DNA of 44,888 nucleotides from a virus, in the IMG/VR virus record IMGVR_UViG_3300035156_000094, positions 1 through 44,888 of that record; one strand, written 5' to 3'. The first letter of the stretch is position 1. Each line of letters opens with the position of its first letter. Made by a program: the position numbers and the translations under genes. The notes beneath the pieces were generated by a model. That model searched no databases. It worked only from the letters and a program-made list of their open reading frames with translations, and was not told where the DNA came from. Of this stretch, positions 24,585 to 31,119 are shown in pieces.

Positions 24585-25934
24585 TCACGCGGCGAGCTGC
24601 TTTCGCGGAGCCTTCGGCGACGTGTCCGCCCAGCGGATCGGCTGCCCGATGTGGCTTTCGAGGGTCGGCAGATCGACGACGAGCAGGTCACCCCATGCCT
24701 GGGCGATCTCCCGCCGCCGGGGCATGTACGCCGCCCGGTTGTACGCGCCCTCGACCTTGTCCTTCGGCATATGCGCCAGCATCAGATCGATCACGGCCCG
24801 GTCGCCCTCTTGGCGGTCGGGCCGTTCGTTCATGATCGTCGAAAAGGCGGCGCGGAAGCCGTGCGGGACGTGCCGCTGATAGTAGCCGGCGCGGATCAGC
24901 AGCGCGCGCAGCGTGTTCTCGGAGATCGGCCGGTGGACGTGGCGCTCGCTCGGGAACATCAGGCGGTAGCCGCCGGTCAGCGGCTTCAGCGCGCGGATCA
25001 CGTCGACCGCATGGCTCGACAGCGGCACGACATGGTCGCCCTGTTCCTCGGCCTTGCGGTCCTGATCGCCCTTCATGCGCGCCGCCGGGATGCGCCAGAG
25101 CGGCGCGGGACCGTCGAGCCCCTCGATCTCGCTCCACTCGGCGTTCTGGATCTCGTTCGGCCGCACCGCCGTCAGCGCGAGCAGCCGCAGCGCGAACTTC
25201 GTCGCCGCCCGGCAGCGCTCGGCCTCGCAATCGCCGAGCATGGTACGCACCGCCGCCAGCTGGCGGTCGTGATCGTCGATCCGATCGATGATCGAGGGCT
25301 GTTTCTTCGACCGCGGCTTCTTCGGGAGCGCCTTGCCGAGGCTCGCCGCCGGGTCCGCCTTCGCGATACCAGTCGCGATACCATAGACGAATATGTCCGA
25401 GATCCGCTGGCGGATGCGGTGGGCCGTCTCGATCGCCCCGCGCTGCACGACCGCGTTGAGCAGCTCTAGCACCTTGGGCGACTCGATCGCGGTCATCGGC
25501 AGATCCCCGATCGACGGGAACACCGAGTTTTCCAGGCTGATCAGCACGTCGGCGCCGTGAACCGTCGACCACGTCGGCAAGCGCAGGGTATGCCACCGCC
25601 GCGCCACGATCTCGAAGGTGTTGTCGCTGGCGGTCGCGTTCGCCTTCAGGGCGACGCGTCGCTCGATCGCCGGGTCGCGACCGTCGCGCAGCAGATCCTT
25701 CGCCTCGTCGCGCCGCCGCCGAGCATCGAGCAGCGACAGCGATGGATAGGGGCCGAAGGTTAGGGTCTTCTGCGCTGGCTTGCCCGCCGCGTTCTTCCCG
25801 TAGGCGTAATTCATTCGCCAGATGCGGCCACCGGCCGGGGTGACGTGAAGGTAGAGCTGCCCTGCATCGACCAGCTTGTAGGCGGCGTCGCGGGGCTTTG
25901 CGGCTTTGATCTTGGCGTCTGTCAGCACGTCCAT
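24585..25934 (-). CDS. int: Tyrosine integrase, P4-type (DUF4102 N-terminal arm-binding domain)
   Basis: MDVLTDAKIKAAKPRDAAYKLVDAGQLYLHVTPAGGRIWRMNY is the typical P4-like N-terminus. The C-terminal catalytic region has HGFRAAFST and LAHMPKDKVEGAYNR (His/Arg/Tyr). An alternative ATG lies at 25946. The track ORF extends to 26036. Confidence 0.9.
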   Translation of the reverse strand: MDVLTDAKIKAAKPRDAAYKLVDAGQLYLHVTPAGGRIWRMNYAYGKNAAGKPAQKTLTFGPYPSLSLLDARRRRDEAKDLLRDGRDPAIERRVALKANATASDNTFEIVARRWHTLRLPTWSTVHGADVLISLENSVFPSIGDLPMTAIESPKVLELLNAVVQRGAIETAHRIRQRISDIFVYGIATGIAKADPAASLGKALPKKPRSKKQPSIIDRIDDHDRQLAAVRTMLGDCEAERCRAATKFALRLLALTAVRPNEIQNAEWSEIEGLDGPAPLWRIPAARMKGDQDRKAEEQGDHVVPLSSHAVDVIRALKPLTGGYRLMFPSERHVHRPISENTLRALLIRAGYYQRHVPHGFRAAFSTIMNERPDRQEGDRAVIDLMLAHMPKDKVEGAYNRAAYMPRRREIAQAWGDLLVVDLPTLESHIGQPIRWADTSPKAPRKQLAA

Positions 25935-25938
25935 CTCC

Positions 25939-26190
25939 GATACCATGCGGCGCCGGGCTCGATACCATGCGCCATACCATGTCATTCGGTGAACGCCTGC
26001 GAACATGTGCGGAACACCGTCCGCCGCATCAAGCACGAAAAGTGCCTGTTTACTAGGGGGAGTGAACCGTTACGGCCTTCTGCGTATGGTATGTTGGCGG
26101 AGCGGGAGCCCGTCCAATCAACCGGTTTCTGCGTTGAGATTGCCGGGTTTTTTCCGCGCCGCCGCCGATCATACCACGCAATATACCATG
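25939..26190. promoter_or_regulatory. Putative attP region with repeated ATACCA(T/C)G motifs (candidate arm-type sites)
   Basis: GATACCATGCG occurs at 25939 and 25961, and CATACCATG at 25973. An inverted copy (cataccatacgc) lies at 26082-26093, with ATACCACGCA at 26171 and ATACCATGCG at 26183. TTCTGCGT is repeated at 26078 and 26127, and a T6 run lies at 26148-26153. The roughly 300-bp gap next to int is non-coding and AT-richer. Confidence 0.5.
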
Positions 26191-26236
26191 CGCTTGATTT
26201 TTACCCCTGTTCGGGTCCCGATCCGGGATACGAACA

Positions 26237-26608
26237 CTACTCGGCGGCGGCAAGGTCGGAGCCTGCGCAGTCCAGGCTGATGCGCATGACGAGCCCAAGC
26301 GTGGCCCCCTCCATGTGGAGCCCCTTCACCCGCTCGACGATCACCTGGGCGGAATAGCCGCGGTCGAGCTTCGACGCGATCCAGCCGGATCGCTCCCGGC
26401 CAAGGTAGCCGACCTTCACCCCCCGGCTCGTCACGATCGCGACCGCGAGGTGATCGTGCGGGTTGTCCGGCTCGCGGACGAACTCAAGCCCGTCGCCCGG
26501 CATGCACTGGCGCAGCTCGTCCTGCCGGCTGCTGCCATCATCGTTCTCGTACCAACACCCGACAGCTGCGAGGCTGAAGTCATTCCATCCCAAGCGACTC
26601 GACCCCAT
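26237..26608 (-). CDS. Standalone HIRAN-domain protein (about 123 aa)
   Basis: GDGLEFVREPDNPHDHLAVAIVTSRGVKVGYLGRERSGWIASKLDRG matches the HIRAN pattern (REPxNPxDxxAI...G.lGYl). The start is uncertain: ATG 26608 has no clear SD, and the track start at 26722 would overlap the divergent gene. Confidence 0.65.
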   Translation of the reverse strand: MGSSRLGWNDFSLAAVGCWYENDDGSSRQDELRQCMPGDGLEFVREPDNPHDHLAVAIVTSRGVKVGYLGRERSGWIASKLDRGYSAQVIVERVKGLHMEGATLGLVMRISLDCAGSDLAAAE

Positions 26609-26670
26609 GTAGAACAAACGCGGAACATGGCGTACGGATGAGTCGACCGAGTCGGCAAGAGGGATTGAGA

Positions 26671-26907
26671 ATGACAGGTGATCAGGAACGGTACGTCGCC
26701 ACGCGGCCGGCGTTCGGCGCATGGCTGCTACAGCAGAGCACCGGCGGGTTCGTCGGCGAGCTGATCGCCGCCGGCCGCGCCGACCGCGCCTTCCCTAAGA
26801 GCGGGGATGCCGAGGCGGTGCGGAAGCGGCTTCGCGAGATGCAGGCGCCGGGCGAGTATTTTGACGCGGTGGACGAGGCGGAGGCCGACTGGCGTGCGGC
26901 TGAATAG
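26671..26907 (+). CDS. YozE/SAM-like-fold small protein (78 aa)
   Basis: SD agaggga lies 6 nt before ATG 26671. FGAWLLQQSTGGFVGELIAAGRADRAFPKSGD resembles the YozE-type pattern. Confidence 0.5.
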   Translation: MTGDQERYVATRPAFGAWLLQQSTGGFVGELIAAGRADRAFPKSGDAEAVRKRLREMQAPGEYFDAVDEAEADWRAAE

Positions 26908-27247
26908 GCGCGACCCGGTCGACCTGGGCAGCGGGCTCGTCCGTGAATACTTCCCGGAGCGCACCAGCCATCGTGCGCCACGACAGGAGCCAAAGCCGGC
27001 GGAGCATCGCGGCGCGATCGACAAGCGCGAGGCGGACCCCCGCAAGGCGCTGGCGTCGCACGTCGAGCCCGGCCGGGTTGGCTATGCAGCGCTGTCCCGC
27101 ATGCTCGGGCGTGCCGACCACTACCTCTGGCGCTTCGTGCGTCACGGCTCGCCGCGGGCGCTACAGCCCGACGATCACCGCCGCTTGGCCGACTTCTTCG
27201 GTGTCGACGAGCGCGCGCTAGGCGTGCGCGATCTGTGGCATGGCTGA
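26894..27247 (+). CDS. XRE-type HTH regulator (about 117 aa)
   Basis: GYAALSRMLGRADHYLWRFVRHGSPRALQPDDHRRLADFFGV is Cro/C1-type HTH-like. The start is uncertain: GTG 26894 is in frame. Confidence 0.5.
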   Translation: MRLNRRDPVDLGSGLVREYFPERTSHRAPRQEPKPAEHRGAIDKREADPRKALASHVEPGRVGYAALSRMLGRADHYLWRFVRHGSPRALQPDDHRRLADFFGVDERALGVRDLWHG

Positions 27248-27443
27248 GCGCTGCCGCCTATGCACCGCGAACGATCGCGACGGCGTGATCGAGCAGCTGG
27301 CGGCGGACCTATGGAATAGCCGCCGACATGGCACTCTGGACGACCACCCATGGGAGCAGGCTGGCGACTATTGGCAGCGCATGTTCCGCGAGCTGGCAGT
27401 GACCGCGGTCGGCTCTCTCGCGCACGATGAGCATCCGCGATGA
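27240..27443 (+). CDS. Hypothetical protein (67 aa)
   Basis: ORF in a co-directional array. It overlaps its neighbours by a few nt. Confidence 0.45.
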   Translation: MAERCRLCTANDRDGVIEQLAADLWNSRRHGTLDDHPWEQAGDYWQRMFRELAVTAVGSLAHDEHPR

Positions 27444-27694
27444 GGCGCGTCACCCGAGCCGAGATGCGAACGAAGCTGGCTGTCGCTCTAACAGTCCGCA
27501 AGCAACACACCCGCCGCGGGCTGGCGCTGATCACCGAGCACGAGATCAACGACGTGGTCGACGATCTGCTGAACCGCATCAAGGGGCGTCCCGAAAGCGA
27601 GGCGGTGATCCTAGAGCCGGATCTGGCTGGTCCTGCGCACGCGCCTTGGCGGGGAAGATGGGATATAGACGAACCCCACCCTTTCCCTAAGTAG
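27440..27694 (+). CDS. Hypothetical protein (84 aa)
   Basis: ATGA overlap with the preceding ORF. Confidence 0.45.
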   Translation: MRRVTRAEMRTKLAVALTVRKQHTRRGLALITEHEINDVVDDLLNRIKGRPESEAVILEPDLAGPAHAPWRGRWDIDEPHPFPK

Positions 27695-27699
27695 CGCGC

Positions 27700-27954
27700 A
27701 TGTCCGACGACGATGAACTCCCCGGAGACAGTCCGTGGCGCCTTGGCAAGGTCGTGCTCGACGACATGCAGGTATCGCAGGATGCAGCGGACTTCCTCGC
27801 AATCCACGGCACCGACAGCGTCGAACTGTGGACGGAGCTAAAGTCGATATTCACGAACATGCCGCCGGGCCGGATCGACCTGATGCTTCATTGGGAGGCC
27901 GTTGCCGATCGCATCCAAGAGATGGCGGCGGCGCAGCAGAAGCCGAGGAACTGA
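27700..27954 (+). CDS. Hypothetical acidic protein (84 aa)
   Basis: ATG 27700. Its stop is 1 nt from the convergent stop at 27956. Confidence 0.5.
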   Translation: MSDDDELPGDSPWRLGKVVLDDMQVSQDAADFLAIHGTDSVELWTELKSIFTNMPPGRIDLMLHWEAVADRIQEMAAAQQKPRN

Positions 27955-27955
27955 C

Positions 27956-28819
27956 CTAGTCGGGTAGGTCGATCACGTCGTGGAAAGCCATGATCCGGTA
28001 AGCGACCGGGCGGTCGGATAGCATCTCGACGTTCACGTCAACGTCGAACGCCTTCTTGTAGACGTTGTCGTCGGCCTCGGCGATCTCATGGCGGATGCGT
28101 TCTTCTGCCAGGGTCGAAGCGTAGACGATCGGCAGGGACCGAGGGTGGATAGCTTCAATCTTGACCTGCTCGCCTGACCTCTTGCCCGCCTTGGCATGCG
28201 CGACGTTCGTGCGGGTGAAGACCATGAGCACCCGCGGGTGGTCCGCGTCGGTAGTCTTTTCAAGCGCGAGCTTATGGTCGAGGATGCGTGCCTCGGCCTG
28301 CCGCGCCTCCGTTGTGTCAAACGCAAACGCGACCTTTAGATCCTTGTCCTCAAACACCGACATCGAGAGCCGCGCATCGTTGTCGGTCGCGACCGCTGTC
28401 AGGGTCTTAAGGTAGTCGTTTAGATCGCTCTTCTTCGCAGTTTCGTCTCGCTGCCCTCGCTTGAAATACTTCTTCAGACCGAGGTTCTCGACGAACTTGG
28501 CCAGATCATTTGCGTGCTTCACGCCCGCCATTGCCGCGCCGAGAAGTGGCGGTCCTGCGACCATGAAATAAGGCACCAGCGTCGCGATGATTGAGCCGGC
28601 CCGAACCTCTTGCACATAGAAGCGAGCGTCGCCCCGGTCGTCGGGATGCTCGCCGTTGGCGAACCGCTCGAACTGGTTGCCGATCCCGACGAACAGGGCG
28701 ATGAAGCTGCTCAACTCGACCGGAGTTTCCGTCTCCAATTTGAGGACGATGTGCTGACCTGCCGGGTGATCCATAGGCGCGGCATATGGATAGAAGGCGG
28801 AACTGAAAGCAAGCCGCAT
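27956..28819 (-). CDS. Unknown 287-aa protein paired with the methyltransferase (candidate restriction / defence effector)
   Basis: SD gaagg precedes ATG 28819, 16 nt after the MTase stop on the same strand. G+C is lower (hand-sampled lines about 52-58%). No family recognised. A possible D-X9-E-D-K segment lies in NDARLSMSVFEDKDLK. Confidence 0.6.
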   Translation of the reverse strand: MRLAFSSAFYPYAAPMDHPAGQHIVLKLETETPVELSSFIALFVGIGNQFERFANGEHPDDRGDARFYVQEVRAGSIIATLVPYFMVAGPPLLGAAMAGVKHANDLAKFVENLGLKKYFKRGQRDETAKKSDLNDYLKTLTAVATDNDARLSMSVFEDKDLKVAFAFDTTEARQAEARILDHKLALEKTTDADHPRVLMVFTRTNVAHAKAGKRSGEQVKIEAIHPRSLPIVYASTLAEERIRHEIAEADDNVYKKAFDVDVNVEMLSDRPVAYRIMAFHDVIDLPD

Positions 28820-28834
28820 GTTCCGCCTTCCCTA

Positions 28835-29638
28835 TCAGTTGCGGACGATCAGCTCGCCCGCGCGCAGCCCGCCGCCGCTCGGCGTGCCGATCGTATAGGT
28901 CGTTTCCACCTCGTCGAGCTGGAACCGGCCGAACACCTCGCGGGCGCCGGGCGTGTCATTGATCGACAGGATGAAGCATCCGGTGATCCCGCCCAGCTGG
29001 TCGGCAAGCTGCGCGAAGTCGGCACGCGAGAACGTCCCGGCGCCGTAGTCCTCCTCGCAGCCCCAATAGGGCGGATCGAGGTAGAACAGCGTCGTCGGGC
29101 TGTCATAGCGCCGGATCAGATCGGCGTAGGGCAAACGCTCGATCTTCACGCCCGCAAGGCGGTCGTGAATTTCCTCGAGCATCGGCGCCAGCTTGGTCAC
29201 GTCGAACCGTGCAGGCGAACGCCAGTCAACGCCAAAGGTGCGCCCGTCGACCTTGCCCCCGAATGTCAGGCGCTGAAGGTAGAGGAACCGGGCGGCGCGT
29301 TCGAGGTCGGTCAGCGTGTCGGGATCGACCGCCACCAGGCGCTCGAACTCGGCCCGGCTGGTCAGCTGCCACTTCAGCATATCCATGAACGCCTGATAGT
29401 GGCGCTGAAGGATGCGGAAGAGGGTCGTCACGTCTCGGGAAAGATCGTTGATCACCTCGGCACGTGGCCGGCGGGATCGGCGCAGGAACACCCCTCCCAT
29501 GCCGACGAAGGGCTCGACATAGTTGTCGTGCGGGGTGGCCTCGATCAGGGCGCAGAGGCGGCGCGCGAGATTGCGCTTGCCGCCGATGTAGGGCGCAGCC
29601 GGGGATACCGGCCGAACCTCAGTTTGAGTCGACTCCAT
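28835..29638 (-). CDS. N6-adenine DNA methyltransferase, D12 (Dam-like) class
   Basis: APYIGGKRNLA..., EPFVGMGGVF (AdoMet motif I) and FYLDPPYW (catalytic DPPY) are present. Confidence 0.9.
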   Translation of the reverse strand: MESTQTEVRPVSPAAPYIGGKRNLARRLCALIEATPHDNYVEPFVGMGGVFLRRSRRPRAEVINDLSRDVTTLFRILQRHYQAFMDMLKWQLTSRAEFERLVAVDPDTLTDLERAARFLYLQRLTFGGKVDGRTFGVDWRSPARFDVTKLAPMLEEIHDRLAGVKIERLPYADLIRRYDSPTTLFYLDPPYWGCEEDYGAGTFSRADFAQLADQLGGITGCFILSINDTPGAREVFGRFQLDEVETTYTIGTPSGGGLRAGELIVRN

Positions 29639-29872
29639 AGCTTTCAGGTCTCAATAGGACCCCGCCTGTTGCGCAGGTGCGGGGCGTTAGCGGCTGGCCA
29701 GCCGCGCGTAACGGGGTCCTCCCCCGTTGGTTGCTGGGTAGCCGCCCAGCACCCCCGCTCGGCCTATCGGCCGGCGGACGTGTTCGAGATGAGGATTAAA
29801 CGATCAGAGCCGGGCGGACCATCATCGCGCTAGGCAAGGCTTCGGCGACCACCGCGGAAGCTATCGTGTCGC

Positions 29873-30961
29873 CTAGGTGATGTTCGCGCTGGCGCCGATC
29901 GCGGAGGTCCGTCGCTTTCGGATGAGCTTGGACAGGTAATCGCGAACCGGTTCGTCAATCATCAGCGCCAGCCATGCCAAGGCCGAGACTGCCGTCAGCA
30001 CGACAAGAGCAATCAAAGCCGCAAGTACGGGCTCGGAGGCGCGCCATTGATGTGCCGCCGCCGCGACTATCGGAAGGTGCAAGACGTAGACCGGATAGGA
30101 AAGCCGCCCAGAGAGATCACAGGCCAGCGACAGCTTCGGGCCGGTAGCGATTTGCGACCCTGCCAGAACAAGTGCGGGGAAGGCGACGAAGGCCGCTGCA
30201 AGGTGCAGCATTCCGTTTAGCCCCGGCAGCGACGGAAGCATGAAGAAGCCGAACAGCGCGATTGCAAGGCCGACTGCAAGCCCGTTCGATGTCAGCAGCG
30301 GCAGCTTAGCCACACGATGGAAACGCCATGTCAGCACGCCGGCGCCGAACAGCGCGGCTGTTCGCAGGACACCCAGCAGCCAAGTGCCATTCGCAAAGCC
30401 GAGATGAAGATCGTGACGCTGCACTCCGATCAGCACGTACAGCCCAACCATAATCAGCACCGCCGGAAGCAGGACTTTAGTCTTCAGGCTCGGCGAGATT
30501 AAGCCGTAAATCACGTTGATCAGCATCTCGCTCGACAGCGACCATAGTGGAGGGTTGACCGGGAACAGCAGCGTCGACTGGTCGCCTTCGTAGGGGATGA
30601 GCAGGAGCGCCATAAGCAGGAGCATGGCGACGTTCGCCACGGGGCTCGTAAGCGTCCGGTCGAGTCCGGCCAGCCAGATCGCGAGCCAGACCATAAGGCC
30701 GATGACGATCATGGGGTAGAGGCGGATCACACGCTGGACCACGAAATCAGGGACGCTCAGCGTGCTTGCAAGGCGCTTCTCATAAGCGGACGCAATGACG
30801 AAGCCGCTAAGAACAAAGAAGAAATCAACGGCGAGATAGCCGTGCGCGGCAATGCCAGAGGCGTTCTCACTGCCGAAGTGATAGAGAACGACCGCTGCGG
30901 CGGCAACGCCGCGAAGCCCGTCGAGCACGACGTATCTATTCGCCATTCCGTTCATTCGCAT
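29873..30961 (-). CDS. Acyltransferase family 3 integral membrane protein (OafA/Oac-like O-acetyltransferase)
   Basis: NRYVVLDGLRGVAAAAVVLYHF...GYLAVDFFFVLSGFVI is the acyltransferase_3 signature. Multiple TM segments. G+C is lower than in neighbouring genes. Confidence 0.85.
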   Translation of the reverse strand: MRMNGMANRYVVLDGLRGVAAAAVVLYHFGSENASGIAAHGYLAVDFFFVLSGFVIASAYEKRLASTLSVPDFVVQRVIRLYPMIVIGLMVWLAIWLAGLDRTLTSPVANVAMLLLMALLLIPYEGDQSTLLFPVNPPLWSLSSEMLINVIYGLISPSLKTKVLLPAVLIMVGLYVLIGVQRHDLHLGFANGTWLLGVLRTAALFGAGVLTWRFHRVAKLPLLTSNGLAVGLAIALFGFFMLPSLPGLNGMLHLAAAFVAFPALVLAGSQIATGPKLSLACDLSGRLSYPVYVLHLPIVAAAAHQWRASEPVLAALIALVVLTAVSALAWLALMIDEPVRDYLSKLIRKRRTSAIGASANIT

Positions 30962-31119
30962 GCCCCCACGCTCAACTCATGGTGTAGCCCGCGAAACCTC
31001 CGGTGCGCAATGCCGAAGCCCGCGCGATTTCTAGCGCCGCCAGACACGCCGAAGCCGGAACAAGGTTTCCCCCGCCCCGGCTTAGATTTCGTTCAAGTAG
31101 GTACGGCTTTTCGCGAGGT

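Noticed and set aside
24688-25980. 430-aa alternative-frame ORF inside the integrase gene, and the 272-aa plus-strand ORF at 24651-25469
   Set aside because: Both have an Arg/Gly/Pro-rich shadow composition. The integrase frame carries the conserved DUF4102 and catalytic R/H/Y motifs.
26041-26240. tRNA or tmRNA 3' fragment in the attP region (for example ...gggctcccgctccgcca on the minus strand near 26095-26115, and gttcgggtcccg near 26209)
   Set aside because: I could not fit a 7-nt T-loop of TTCRANN type with a 5-bp T-stem and a 7-nt acceptor arm on either strand. The CCA-ending string has an impossible T-loop (TTGGACG). This should still be run through tRNAscan-SE or ARAGORN.
27175-27807. 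210-aa minus-strand ORF across the small plus-strand cassette
   Set aside because: Arg/Ser/Cys-rich with no RBS. It is antisense to three plus-strand ORFs that show start/stop coupling and sensible composition.
27956-28819. Assignment of the 287-aa protein to the DpnII/MboI restriction endonuclease family, based on size and a D12 methylase neighbour
   Set aside because: From memory of R.DpnII, I see no shared motifs or colinear similarity. I keep it only as an unknown candidate effector.
29782-29800. TTCGAGA T-loop-like string suggesting a tRNA in the 29.7-kb intergenic region
   Set aside because: The flanking 5-nt segments (acgtg / tgagg) do not pair, and no acceptor or anticodon arms could be built.
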